The notes: generated from the letters alone by a model not told the origin. DNA of 64,000 bases from an uncultured Christensenellaceae bacterium (GCA_910587685.1 CAJUMY010000006.1:13251-77250); one strand, 5' to 3'. Counted from the stretch's first letter, positions 19,279 through 28,993 are shown. Made by a program: numbers and translations.

Positions 19279-19955
19279 CGTCTAAGTCCCTTCTTACATT
19301 CTTTGAGATATATATCGGCATTGACGTATTCCTTACCGTCGTAAATATACTGATTCACCCTCATTATATCGTTCAAGCATACATATATGTCGCTTTCGTC
19401 CGCTATCTTCTTAAAAAGAGCGTCTATCCTTATGCTGTTCTCGCCCGTTCCGACGCCTGCTGTCAATATGCCGCCGTCGGTCTTTATATAGAATACTTTG
19501 CCGTAAGTATTCTTCCTTACGACCTCTCCCTTTCTCGTATATTCGATATGATAGTCTTTATCGTCCGCTATGTTTTCGATACTTTTGTCAAGAGCGCGTC
19601 CAATATCGAGCGAGTACTCTATAACGTTGACGCTGGCAACGAGCTTAGGCTTGGCGGCTAGCTCTATAGCCTCCGTCCCGACAAGACCGCGCGGCGCGTT
19701 CTTATTGTAAAGCTCAAGAAAGTCGTCTGCGGAAATGCCGTCCGCTCCTACCATCAGGTATTCCGCTACGCTCTGTATACCAAGCGGAAGAGGATGCGTC
19801 GGATATAGCTCCATATGAGGATTATATCCGCCCGAATAATTGACCTTGAGCCCCGTCCTTCTCACCGCTCTTTGCAGTATTCTCATAGTATCTATATGAG
19901 ATACGTAACTTATATCTCCTATTTTTTTATGCTTGACAACTATCATTCGTAGCAC
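19275..19955 (-). CDS. Radical-SAM-associated protein (TIGR03936 / DUF2344-like)
   Basis: SHIDTMRILQRAVRRTGLKVNYSGGYNPHMEL signature. Its position directly after the B12-binding radical SAM gene and before rng is the arrangement I recall as conserved in Firmicutes. Confidence 0.7.
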   Translation of the reverse strand: MLRMIVVKHKKIGDISYVSHIDTMRILQRAVRRTGLKVNYSGGYNPHMELYPTHPLPLGIQSVAEYLMVGADGISADDFLELYNKNAPRGLVGTEAIELAAKPKLVASVNVIEYSLDIGRALDKSIENIADDKDYHIEYTRKGEVVRKNTYGKVFYIKTDGGILTAGVGTGENSIRIDALFKKIADESDIYVCLNDIMRVNQYIYDGKEYVNADIYLKECKKGLRR

Positions 19956-21745
19956 CTTCCGAGTTTATTTGCCCGACAGCCGTTACACTTGCCTTTACAC
20001 GAAGGAGTAACTATCGCTTCATACGCCTTCTTCCTCTCCGATAAAAGATATCCTTTATCTACGCCGTTATCGATATTGTCCCACGGCAAAATATCGCTTT
20101 CCTCAAAACCTCCGACGTACTCATCCAACGTCAATCCCTCTTCGCTCATAGCCTCGACCCAGTTTTCGAAGTTGAAACGTTCGCTCCACGCTTCGAAACG
20201 CGATCCTTTTTTATACGCTCTCTCTATAACTCGGCAAAGTCTCCTGTCTCCTCTCGCAAGCGCCGCTTCGATAATAGATGTATAGGCGTCGTGATAGCTG
20301 TAGCGAACGTTAGCAAGCTTTGCAAGCTCGCCTTTTAGATAGTTCTGCTTTTCGCACATCTCTTCCAACGTTATCTGCCTTTCCCATTGGAACGGCGTCA
20401 AAGGTTTCGGAACGAATACCGCCGTCGAAAGCGATATTCTCGGTCTCTTATTTCTGTCTCCGTACTTGAAGAATATATCCTGCGTCCTCTTAACGATCTC
20501 AACGATACCTCTAAGGTCTTCCTTCGTCTCCGTCGGAAGCCCTATCATGAAATAGAGTTTTACGCCCTTATACCCCTGCTCCGCGGCTATCTTCATAGTA
20601 TCGTCGATATTCGCGTCGGTAACGTTCTTATTGATGACGTCTCTAAGTCTCTGCGTACCTGCTTCCGGAGCGAACGTCAACGAGCCTTTCCTCGAATCCT
20701 CGCTGAACTTACCGCTGAAAGAATCGAGTCTCAAAGACGGAAGCGAAAGCGAAGCGTTCCTTTCCTTTACTATCGGACGAAGCTCCTCGATAAGAGCGTC
20801 GAGTTCGCTGTAATCGCCCGTGCTCAAACTCGCGAGACTAAGTTCGTTATAGCCGGTACTATCGAGTATCTCCGCGGCGTGACGAAGTACCGTATCCTTC
20901 TTCCTTTCGCGTATAGGACGATAATAAAAACACGCCTGACAGAATCTGCAACCGTTGGCGCAGCCTCTGTAAAGTTCGAGAACGCCTCTATCATGTACTA
21001 TCTCTATGTTCGGCACGAGTATCTTTGTCGGGAAATACGCCTTATCGAGATCCTTGACGACACTCCTCACAACTTTGTCCGTCGTGAAAGAGACGATTTT
21101 GTTACCTTCGCCGTATATCGGTTTCGTTATACTCGGAACGTACATACCGTTTACTCCGACGAGCGACTTCAAAAATTCTTTCTTGCTTATTCCGTCCCTT
21201 TTCGCCCTCTCGTATCTCAAAGTCAGATCCTTGAGATTGACCTCGCCTTCTCCTACGAGTATGACGTCGAAAAAATCCGCGAACGGCTCGCCGTTCACCG
21301 CGCACATACCGCCTGCGATAACGAGCGGTCCGTCCTCTCCTCTCTCGTCCGCTCTAAACGGTATTCCCGCAAGCTCGAGCATAAAAAGAACGTTCGTATA
21401 TATCATCTCATAACCGATAGAAAAGCCCACTATGTCGAAATCGGCAAGCTCTCTCTTCGTTTCGAGCGAAAAAAGCGAAAGAGCATTTTCCCTCATCTTG
21501 TCCGCCATATCGTCCTCGGGAGCGAAACATCTCTCGCATATCACGTTATCGGTATCGTTGAGCATATGGTAGAGTATTCTCATACCGATATTGCTCATAC
21601 CGACTTCATAGACGTCGGGAAAGCAAAGACAAACCCTGATATCACAAGGCTTGTCCATATTCGGGAGATTGAATTCGCCTCCCATATATCTCGACGGCTT
21701 ATTCACGTCGAAGAGTACGTTACGAAGAAGTTCGTTTTTCATCAC
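19943..21745 (-). CDS. B12-binding-domain radical SAM protein (TIGR03960-like), function unknown
   Basis: Radical SAM cluster motif RGCANGCRFCQACFYYRP with an N-terminal B12-binding-like region. There is a 13-nt overlap with the downstream partner gene. Confidence 0.8.
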   Translation of the reverse strand: MMKNELLRNVLFDVNKPSRYMGGEFNLPNMDKPCDIRVCLCFPDVYEVGMSNIGMRILYHMLNDTDNVICERCFAPEDDMADKMRENALSLFSLETKRELADFDIVGFSIGYEMIYTNVLFMLELAGIPFRADERGEDGPLVIAGGMCAVNGEPFADFFDVILVGEGEVNLKDLTLRYERAKRDGISKKEFLKSLVGVNGMYVPSITKPIYGEGNKIVSFTTDKVVRSVVKDLDKAYFPTKILVPNIEIVHDRGVLELYRGCANGCRFCQACFYYRPIRERKKDTVLRHAAEILDSTGYNELSLASLSTGDYSELDALIEELRPIVKERNASLSLPSLRLDSFSGKFSEDSRKGSLTFAPEAGTQRLRDVINKNVTDANIDDTMKIAAEQGYKGVKLYFMIGLPTETKEDLRGIVEIVKRTQDIFFKYGDRNKRPRISLSTAVFVPKPLTPFQWERQITLEEMCEKQNYLKGELAKLANVRYSYHDAYTSIIEAALARGDRRLCRVIERAYKKGSRFEAWSERFNFENWVEAMSEEGLTLDEYVGGFEESDILPWDNIDNGVDKGYLLSERKKAYEAIVTPSCKGKCNGCRANKLGRCYE

Positions 21746-22686
21746 ATCACTAGAGCCGCCGCTCCGATAATTCCCGCGTCGTTGCCCAACGAAGCCGGCA
21801 CTACGTCTATCTCGGGATAAAATCCGCTGATCGCGATATAGTTATCAAGATAACGCTTTATAGGCGCGGTAAGACGCTCTTTTTCATGCGAAATGCCTCC
21901 GCCTATTACGAATACTTCGGGATGAAGTACGTTGCCGAGACCTATGAGTCCCACCGAGACGTAAGATATATATTCGTCGACGACCTCCTGTCCCGCTCTG
22001 TCTCCTCTTTCCGCGGCTATGAACGCGGTCCTGCCGCTTACCTTTCCCTTTTCCTTGAACACGTCGTGCATGAGCGACGTAGGATTCTTAGCCATCGCAA
22101 GTTTGGTCTGACGAATCAGCGCCGTCGCAGAAGCGTACTGCTCCCAGCATCCGTGTCCGTTGCACGCGCAAGGAAGTCCGTGCATATTGATTATCATGTG
22201 TCCCGCCTCCGCTCCCGCGGAACCGTTGCCCTCAATCAGCTTTCCGTCGATGATTATACCGGCGCCCACTCCGGTGCCGAGCGTTACCATGATAACGTCG
22301 CTCTTTCCTTTCGCCGCGCCGAAACGCTGCTCGCCCAAAGCGGCGCAGTTAGCGTCGTTACTGATCCTTACTGGCATTTTGAAATATTTGTGGAATTCTT
22401 CGACCACGTTGACGTTACGCCAACCGATATTGACCGCGCTCGTAACGATACCTTTTTTGGAATCGGCAACTCCCGGAATACCTATGCCGATACCCGAAAG
22501 ATCGTTTTCTTTAATAGAAAGTTCCAAAAGAAGCTCTTTGATGAGCGTCGCCATATTGCTCACCATTACGGAAAACCCCGAACTGCTGTCGGTCGCTATC
22601 GCTCTGTTGATAAGTATCTCTCCGTTTTCGTTGACGATGCCTACCTTTATACTCATTCCGCCTATATCAATACCTGCGTAATACAT
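21742..22686 (-). CDS. glcK: ROK-family glucokinase
   Basis: YYAGIDIGGMSIKVGIV ATP-binding motif and the ROK zinc motif GHMIINMHGLPCACNGHGCWEQYAS. An ATGA overlap links it to the radical SAM gene. Confidence 0.85.
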   Translation of the reverse strand: MYYAGIDIGGMSIKVGIVNENGEILINRAIATDSSSGFSVMVSNMATLIKELLLELSIKENDLSGIGIGIPGVADSKKGIVTSAVNIGWRNVNVVEEFHKYFKMPVRISNDANCAALGEQRFGAAKGKSDVIMVTLGTGVGAGIIIDGKLIEGNGSAGAEAGHMIINMHGLPCACNGHGCWEQYASATALIRQTKLAMAKNPTSLMHDVFKEKGKVSGRTAFIAAERGDRAGQEVVDEYISYVSVGLIGLGNVLHPEVFVIGGGISHEKERLTAPIKRYLDNYIAISGFYPEIDVVPASLGNDAGIIGAAALVM

Positions 22687-22904
22687 ATCTACCCTTCCTT
22701 CGGAATTAATTTATTACATTTTAACACAAAGCGCAGGATTTTTCAACTTGCTCGGTATCTTTTTCTCGCTTTTATTATATAAAATGCGTTTTTATTTTAA
22801 TAACCGCCGTTTATCTCGCTATATATGAAACGTTATCGCTCGCGTCTTAGTCTCCGCCTAAGGAGCGAATAGCGAAAGATACGTCTTCAAGCTCCCGCGT
22901 CATA

Positions 22905-23747
22905 TTATCGATATTCTCTTCTCACGTCCTTATAGCGCGTCGAGAGCTCGTTATTCATAACTATATCTTTAATCTCGCTCTCGCCGAGAACGTCTATTTC
23001 TTTCATATCGCGATCGAGTATGTGGAAAGTAACTATCCTGTTAGGTTTGACAACTTCGAGAAAACGGAAAAGTTCCGCGTCTTCCGATATGCCTATATGC
23101 GAAAATTCGATAGCATCAACGGTACTTTTAACAAAAGCTACGTTCGACATAATATGCACGTACATCTCTTTTTCCGTTCCCGAAATTGCGCCGCACATCA
23201 AAAATACAGCCATAACGCCAAGGCTCAGATTGAACTCGAAAAAAGCCGAAACGATAGAAAGCGCAAGTAAAATAACGGAAAAAACTATTCCCGATATACG
23301 CAGAGCCCGCAAAGTTTTCATCTTCTTTTTCGAAAGCGACAGCGCGACTCTCGCGCCGTCCAACGGGAATACCGGTATCATATTGAAAAGAGCCAGCATA
23401 AGATTAGCCTGCATAAAATCAAGCGTGTAGTGATACGCTTCGGGAATAAGCCACCAAAGCGCGACGGTAACTATTGCGAATAGAAGACTTACGATAGGTC
23501 CCGCAAGAGCGATGAGCAGACTGTCCGATCTTGAAATATCCTCGCCGCCTTTGAGCACCGCGCCGTACGGCATAAGAACTATACGTCTCATCTTATAGCC
23601 CCTTATATCCGCCATTCTCGCGTGAGCCACCTCGTGAACGAGCGCCGCCGAAAGACTCGCAAGAAATGCAAAACCCCTCCCCGCTATCAGATATACGATA
23701 CCCGTCAGCAGAAAGAGGGGATGCACTCTAAGTGAAAAATTTTTCAC
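22905..23747 (-). CDS. M50-family site-2 metalloprotease (SpoIVFB-like)
   Basis: HEVAHA (HExxH) in a TM helix, NMIPVFPLDGARV (the LDG motif) and a polytopic membrane N-terminal half. Start placed at the GTG at 23747, which overlaps the upstream stop as GTGA. The longest-ORF start at 23840 would overlap the upstream ORF by 97 nt. Confidence 0.7.
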   Translation of the reverse strand: MKNFSLRVHPLFLLTGIVYLIAGRGFAFLASLSAALVHEVAHARMADIRGYKMRRIVLMPYGAVLKGGEDISRSDSLLIALAGPIVSLLFAIVTVALWWLIPEAYHYTLDFMQANLMLALFNMIPVFPLDGARVALSLSKKKMKTLRALRISGIVFSVILLALSIVSAFFEFNLSLGVMAVFLMCGAISGTEKEMYVHIMSNVAFVKSTVDAIEFSHIGISEDAELFRFLEVVKPNRIVTFHILDRDMKEIDVLGESEIKDIVMNNELSTRYKDVRREYR

Positions 23748-23962
23748 CCTATGATCGAAAGAGCGCTCACAAGACTCGTAAGCATACCGCTCGCAACGAA
23801 CCTCGTCACCAACACCGTGGTACTGATAAGCGCGCTGCATATAGTAGGCACCAAAAGAGCGTCGAGAACGCCGAACTTACGTTTTTTGCCTATCTTTCCG
23901 ACTGAAATATTGTCGTTTGGATAGGAGTAACTTTTAGATATCTTAAATTCGTCATATTTCAT
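23744..23962 (-). CDS. Small single-pass membrane protein, translationally coupled to the M50 protease gene
   Basis: 72 aa counted from the ATG at 23962 (GAGAGG 8 nt upstream), with one hydrophobic segment (VLDALLVPTICSALISTTVLV). The stop overlaps the protease GTG start. Confidence 0.4.
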   Translation of the reverse strand: MKYDEFKISKSYSYPNDNISVGKIGKKRKFGVLDALLVPTICSALISTTVLVTRFVASGMLTSLVSALSIIG

Positions 23963-24019
23963 AATATACACCTCTCACTCTATAGGTATTCGCATACTCC
24001 CGAATATATGACGAAATTA

Positions 24020-24262
24020 TCAGTTCTTGGCAATTTTAGGAGGGCTTATTTTACTTGCGATAGCGTCTATTCTCACGTCGAAACTACCCGATTCGTTAAC
24101 CTTTATATCAATATCGAGCGTCTTCAATTCCATATAGCTCGTAAGCGCCCTTTCGAGATCGCTTCTAAGCATCCCCGCAACGTCGCTCCCTACTCCTATT
24201 TTATCGCCGAGCAGTACTCTTTCGAGTCGCCTGTACGCATACCTTGTTACACGTTCTCTCAT
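24020..24262 (-). CDS. minE: Cell division topological specificity factor MinE
   Basis: 80 aa, starting immediately after the minD stop. RLERVLLGDKIGVGSDVAGMLRSDLERALTSYMEL..LDIDIKV is colinear with the MinE pattern ERL.LVL.HDR......L...I.....Y. Confidence 0.7.
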   Translation of the reverse strand: MRERVTRYAYRRLERVLLGDKIGVGSDVAGMLRSDLERALTSYMELKTLDIDIKVNESGSFDVRIDAIASKISPPKIAKN

Positions 24263-25057
24263 TTAAGCGTTCCTCTTGAGTTTTAATCTTATCTTGCCCA
24301 ATAGACCCCTGTATTTCGAAGTGCAGTCGTATATCCGTCTTTTGCCGTTGACGATATTCGACACAATGAGCGAAAACGAATCTTTCGATTCGCCCGACTG
24401 CTCTCCTAGCCGCCCGAGCTGAGAATATATGCCGATATAGTCGTCCTCCGGAATAGCGCCTATAGGCGTGATTTTCAACAATTTAGCGACCTCGCCGACG
24501 TCCATCATCTCGCCGTCGATGACCAGATCTCCGCGTATACGGTTGACTATAACGCTGACGGAGTTGAGTTCGTAACTCGACAAAAGAGCTATGACTTTAT
24601 CAGCGTCGCGTATCGAAGAAACCTGCGGAGTAGTCACTACCACGGCTTCGTTAGCCGCAGACACTGCCCTATGGAATCCGCCCTCTATACCCGCCGGGCA
24701 GTCTATGAGAATATAATCGAAATGCGAATCCAATCTTCCGACTAGATTTCTGAAATTTTTAGAGCCTATATCTTCGCTGTTGTATGCGTGCGCCGACGGC
24801 ATTATCATGAGCATGCCGCTCTCGTCGTACGGTATTAGCGCCTGACTTATCCTGCATTTTCCTTCGAGCACGTCCGCCATATCGTATACCGCTTTATTTT
24901 CTATGCCGAGCACAACGTCAAGATTATTAAGACCTACGTCGCCGTCGATGAGCAACGTCTTATGACCTCTCTTTGCAAGAAATATTCCTATATTGGCGGT
25001 GACCGTCGTCTTCCCGACGCCGCCTTTTCCGGAAGTTATCACTATCCTTCTCGCCAT
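24263..25057 (-). CDS. minD: Septum site-determining ATPase MinD
   Basis: Deviant Walker A motif ITSGKGGVGKTTVTANIG, 264 aa, and a C-terminal amphipathic helix (LLGKIRLKLKR). Confidence 0.9.
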   Translation of the reverse strand: MARRIVITSGKGGVGKTTVTANIGIFLAKRGHKTLLIDGDVGLNNLDVVLGIENKAVYDMADVLEGKCRISQALIPYDESGMLMIMPSAHAYNSEDIGSKNFRNLVGRLDSHFDYILIDCPAGIEGGFHRAVSAANEAVVVTTPQVSSIRDADKVIALLSSYELNSVSVIVNRIRGDLVIDGEMMDVGEVAKLLKITPIGAIPEDDYIGIYSQLGRLGEQSGESKDSFSLIVSNIVNGKRRIYDCTSKYRGLLGKIRLKLKRNA

Positions 25058-25293
25058 ATTCTATCCTCCGTTTTTCGCTCTCATAATTATAAAATAGTCA
25101 AATCTGATATTTTTAGCTCAAAATATACAATCGTGACGCATTTTGTAAAAGAAATACAAATTCCGTATCCCAAATATCTAAGTGACCGAGGATCGGCGAT
25201 ATAAAACTCCGAAACGTATCCTTCAAAATCAATATCAGTTTCAACGTAAAGTAGCTACGCCTTCGTTATACGCCGTAATTACGTAAAATAAAA

Positions 25294-25316
25294 AGTCGGC
25301 GGATATTCCGCCGACT
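25294..25316 (-). terminator. Terminator after the mreB-like gene, separating it from minDE
   Basis: Perfect 9-bp stem AGTCGGCGG / CCGCCGACT with a 5-nt loop. The A-rich run at 25285-25293 gives a T-run on the minus strand. Confidence 0.7.
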
Positions 25317-25380
25317 GATAAAACAAAACAAAAATCGCTTTTCTATAATATAAAATTCGATTCCTATAAATATGGCTTTC

Positions 25381-26385
25381 CTATTTTAGATTTTTGATAT
25401 TGAGCATATTAGCGAGCCTGTTCTTATTGTAGAAAAACGCCGCGCCGCCGTTGATAACGGCGTTTTCGGGATCGTCGAGTCTTGAGACTTTTATGAGCAA
25501 CTTGTTCTGAAGATACGTATCGAGCCCCGAAATCAAAGAGCCTCCTCCCGAAAGGAATATTCCGTTATTGAATATTTCCTCCGCGTAAGCGTTGGGTATC
25601 ATGAACGTCACCGTCTCGATAACTTCAGCTATCTTATCTATTGCGGGTCTGATGGCTTCCATCAACTCTCCCGCGCTTATCCTCACGGTTTTGGGCTTGC
25701 CGTCGATAATGTTGCGTCCGCTTACGCTCGCGATGGATGCGTCGTTATCGAACATGCTCGCTATTCCCGTCTTGAGTTTTTCTATATTGTGTCCTTGGAC
25801 TGCAATTCTGTATTTGTCTGTAATATAATCGCTTATCAGTCTGTTCATTTCGTCGCCGCCTATATCGACGCTGCAGCCCGCTTCTATACCGTTCGTAGAC
25901 ATTACGGAAACCTCGCTCTTGCCGGCGCCAATATCTACCAGTAAACTCGCAGTATCTGCTCTGTTATGACTAACGGCTATAGGAGACTCCACAACAGTCA
26001 CGTCGCTGGCGCCAGCTCTATGCAAAACGTGTTCCACGTCTATCTTTTCGGCGTTCGTCAGTCCAGAAGATACGCAGGCGAATACCGTTATCCTCGGCTT
26101 TAACAAAGGCTTGTCGCCTATAAGGCTCGCGAATATTTCCTTGAACATATATATCGCGCCGTTCTCGTGAGCGATAGCTCCGCCCTTTATAGGATATACT
26201 ATCTGCAAATTCTCAGCCTTTGTAAGACGCGACTTCGCGCTTCTTCCCCACGCCACGAAATCCGCCTTGTTCCTATTGCTTTCGGCGACGACTATCGTCG
26301 GCTCTTTGATCACGACTCCGCTGTCCTTTTTGAGTACCGTTATATTCTTACTTCCTATGTCTATTACCAATTCGAGTTTAGCCAT
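25381..26385 (-). CDS. mreB: Divergent MreB/Mbl-family actin-like protein
   Basis: Actin-fold phosphate motifs VIDIGSKNITV and LLVDIGAGKSEVSV, plus IFLSGGGSLISGLD. At 334 aa it is colinear with MreB but clearly divergent. Confidence 0.75.
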   Translation of the reverse strand: MAKLELVIDIGSKNITVLKKDSGVVIKEPTIVVAESNRNKADFVAWGRSAKSRLTKAENLQIVYPIKGGAIAHENGAIYMFKEIFASLIGDKPLLKPRITVFACVSSGLTNAEKIDVEHVLHRAGASDVTVVESPIAVSHNRADTASLLVDIGAGKSEVSVMSTNGIEAGCSVDIGGDEMNRLISDYITDKYRIAVQGHNIEKLKTGIASMFDNDASIASVSGRNIIDGKPKTVRISAGELMEAIRPAIDKIAEVIETVTFMIPNAYAEEIFNNGIFLSGGGSLISGLDTYLQNKLLIKVSRLDDPENAVINGGAAFFYNKNRLANMLNIKNLK

Positions 26386-26941
26386 CGTTACCCTCCGATA
26401 TTCTCTCTATCTCTTGCTTTAATCTTTCCGTCGGCAATCCCACTATATTCGAATAACTGCCTTCGTATCTCTCTATGATATCGCCGTCCTGTATTCCGTA
26501 TGCTCCCGCCTTATCCATCGGCGAACCCGTCTCTATGTACGCGTCTATTTCGCTATCGCCGAGATCTCTCATAAATACGGCGCTTCGAACGTAAAACGTC
26601 CTTTCTATCCCGTTAAGATAGAGACATACGCCCGTATAGACGAAATGCTTTCGCCCTTTGAGTTCATAGAGCATACGCCGCGCGTCGGACACGTTTCTCG
26701 GCTTATTGTAGTACTTGCCGTCGAAATACACTATAGTGTCCGCGCCTATAACGAGAGTATTTTGCGGAGCGGAATATACGATTGGCTCTATCTTACGCTT
26801 TGCAAGATTCATAACGGCAAGATGCGGCTGTCTATAGTGAAGAGTCTCATCTACGTTCTGCGGCAAAACGTCAAAATCTTTAACTATACTTTGCAATAAT
26901 TCTATTCTTCTCGGCGATCCCGACGCTAAAATAACTCGCAT
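26378..26941 (-). CDS. maf: Maf-family nucleoside triphosphate pyrophosphatase
   Basis: MRVILASGSPRRIELL..., GADTIV and GAYGIQ motifs. 8-nt overlap with the mreB-like start. Confidence 0.85.
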   Translation of the reverse strand: MRVILASGSPRRIELLQSIVKDFDVLPQNVDETLHYRQPHLAVMNLAKRKIEPIVYSAPQNTLVIGADTIVYFDGKYYNKPRNVSDARRMLYELKGRKHFVYTGVCLYLNGIERTFYVRSAVFMRDLGDSEIDAYIETGSPMDKAGAYGIQDGDIIERYEGSYSNIVGLPTERLKQEIERISEGNDG

Positions 26942-27023
26942 AACTCAAAACTCTTCTCCCGATAAACGTATTCTAAATATATTTTATCACAAAAAGACGC
27001 AATGTAAAAACCTTTTATATCAA

Positions 27024-27051
27024 AAAGCCTTGCTTTTTTCGGCAAGGCTTT
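27024..27051 (-). terminator. Terminator after the ppx gene
   Basis: Perfect 10-bp stem AAAGCCTTGC / GCAAGGCTTT with an 8-nt loop, flanked by A and T runs on both sides. Confidence 0.65.
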
Positions 27052-27072
27052 GATTTTATTTTCGCTCATCTA

Positions 27073-28578
27073 TCAAAGTATCTGAAGATTCTTTCTGTAA
27101 CTTCTCTTGAAGTCGTTGGAACAGGTAAGCGCGTCCTTTATCTCAAGAGAACAGTCGCCGTCGGCTTCCGTCTTCATTATCACGCTGTCGCCTAGCACGT
27201 CGCAGGTAATATTCTTGATAACTCCGCTCATGCTCCTGTCGAAACTCTCGGCAATACGCAATATTACTCCGAGCTTCATTATAGCGTCCTTATCGTCGTC
27301 GGTAAGGATATCTCTGTACTTGAGAAGCTCCGACTGGTCGAACGAGCCCTTTCTATGCAGAGAAGCTACGAAGCCCGCCATGATAAGATCCTTATGCGAT
27401 ATTCCGTAAAGATTGGAATTGAGTATCATATAACACGAATGTTTATGATGATCGTAATATTTGATCCTATTGCCCGTATCGTGAAGCATCGCCGCTGTCC
27501 TCAAAACCTTTACGTACATTCTCGGCAGTTTGTGCAAAACCTTGAGCTGTTTGAAGAGCTGTATCGAAAGGTTGTAGACGTGCTCCGCGTGAGGAATATT
27601 CTCGTCGAAGTTATGTAATATGGTGTATATGCTGTGTCCGAGTATATCCGTAAGCGGCTTTTCGTTAGTCGAAGGTACCGCGTATTTGAACATAGCGCCT
27701 TCTCTGAGTCCGCTGCCCGATATGACTATCTCCTCGAGTCCCAAATACTTCTCTATAGCGTTGATGCACGCAAGCGCCGACGGGAATATATCCGCTCTGA
27801 CGCTCGAAAGCCCCTTTATCTTCATCGTCTTGTCAAGATCGAGAACCTTGATATGATTATATAGAGAAATAAAATCGTCCTTTCCTATAACGTAATTGTG
27901 CGCCATATCTAAAGGATATTTTCTAGTCATACGGCTGATCTTTCCTAGATTTCTAAACGAACCGCCGACGCCGATAAGCCTTATTTCGGGGTCTATCTGC
28001 TTCATCCATTCTATCTTGTCCAACTCGGAGAGTATGAACTCCTCTATCTTCTTAACTCTCTCTTCGGGACGAAGCTCCTCTTCTTTGAACATCTCTGTCA
28101 GAGTCACCGCTCCGTAAGGAATAGTCGTGTGTCCTAAAAGATTCTTTCTGTTGTAGTAGATCAAATTGATACTGCCGCCGCCGATATCCATTATAAGACC
28201 CTTTGGAATATCCATCGAGTTGATAACGCCCTGATATACGAGCTGAGCTTCCTCGTCCGAATCTAGCACCTTTAGCTTACAAGTCGCCGCCACTTCGTCC
28301 AAAAATCCTCTTTGATTCTTCGCCTTGCGTACCGCCGCGGTCGCGTAGGCGTATATTCTGTCAATTCCGTTAGCGTCGCACAATCTTCTGAAAAGTTTGA
28401 GCGTTTTTATCGTTTGAGCTATTCGGACGGGTTTCAAAAATCCGTCCTGCATATCCTGCGCAAGCCGTACGGACTCCTTCAATTCGTCGAATACAGCGAA
28501 AAATCCGCCTTCTAGTATATTGACCAATACCAGCCGCGCCGAATTCGAACCCAAATCTATGATCGCTATTTTTTCCAT
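27073..28578 (-). CDS. ppx: Ppx/GppA-family phosphatase with a C-terminal HD domain
   Basis: IAIIDLGSNSARLVL, DIGGGS and IGVGGSFRN (ASKHA fold), with the HD region AAMLHDTGNRIKYYDHHKHS. Confidence 0.85.
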   Translation of the reverse strand: MEKIAIIDLGSNSARLVLVNILEGGFFAVFDELKESVRLAQDMQDGFLKPVRIAQTIKTLKLFRRLCDANGIDRIYAYATAAVRKAKNQRGFLDEVAATCKLKVLDSDEEAQLVYQGVINSMDIPKGLIMDIGGGSINLIYYNRKNLLGHTTIPYGAVTLTEMFKEEELRPEERVKKIEEFILSELDKIEWMKQIDPEIRLIGVGGSFRNLGKISRMTRKYPLDMAHNYVIGKDDFISLYNHIKVLDLDKTMKIKGLSSVRADIFPSALACINAIEKYLGLEEIVISGSGLREGAMFKYAVPSTNEKPLTDILGHSIYTILHNFDENIPHAEHVYNLSIQLFKQLKVLHKLPRMYVKVLRTAAMLHDTGNRIKYYDHHKHSCYMILNSNLYGISHKDLIMAGFVASLHRKGSFDQSELLKYRDILTDDDKDAIMKLGVILRIAESFDRSMSGVIKNITCDVLGDSVIMKTEADGDCSLEIKDALTCSNDFKRSYRKNLQIL

Positions 28579-28967
28579 ATCGTTCTCCTGATTTCTTTTT
28601 CTTAATTAAACTTTTTACTTCATTAACACAAGTATAACATATTAATTTACTCATTTCAAGATGCTTTTTTAAGATTTTGCAACATTTTATCAAATAATTT
28701 AACAAGAAAAAGTCGTTTTCATCGCCTGAATACTCTATTTTGGAAACTATTACCTTTACTCCTTGACAAAACGTTCTTCCTTAGTTCTCTTACTCTAAGA
28801 AGACCGCCGAAGCGTTCCTACTCTCTTCGTTACGAATCATCGTATTCTTATAATAAATAATGCTTTTTAGAAACTATAAGAGCAGAAATCCATCTTTCGA
28901 TTTCTATTCAACTCTCAACTTTTTCGTGATAACGACGTTGTCATAAAAAATACCGAACAAAAATAAT

Positions 28968-28993
28968 AGACGCAAAGGCTTTGCTTTGCGTCT
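28968..28993 (-). terminator. Terminator downstream of the rnf operon and lipoprotein gene
   Basis: Perfect 10-bp stem AGACGCAAAG / CTTTGCGTCT with a 6-nt loop, T-rich on the minus strand afterwards. Confidence 0.6.

Noticed and set aside
19943-21745. The radical SAM enzyme as a possible RiPP maturase for the Cys-rich peptide (a SCIFF/ranthipeptide-like idea).
   Set aside because: It lies 34 kb away. It belongs to the conserved housekeeping cluster next to rng and rplU, and it has a B12-binding/TIGR03960-like layout rather than a SPASM maturase layout. No maturase, protease or exporter flanks the peptide gene.
20387-21820. Very long antisense ORFs. Examples: 477 aa opposite the radical SAM gene; 486 aa at 39074-40534 opposite the surface protein; 454 aa at 61970-63334 opposite guaB. 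Others lie at 3631-4711, 9085-9834, 17608-18441, 21886-22782, 47356-48309 and 52453-53052.
   Set aside because: All are fully embedded opposite genes with unambiguous family signatures. Their translations are Arg/Ser/Tyr/Leu-rich low-complexity sequence with no motifs or RBS. The sense-strand codon bias (many NCG/NNC/GAA-type codons) depletes stop codons in the complementary frames, which is sufficient explanation.
25058-25380. A hidden minC in the 323-bp gap upstream of minD.
   Set aside because: The ORF track shows only one ORF of 60 aa or more touching this gap: a plus-strand 80-aa ORF at 24962-25204 that lies partly antisense to the 5' end of minD and has no motif or RBS. The gap contains a strong terminator for the mreB-like gene and AT-rich promoter-like sequence.
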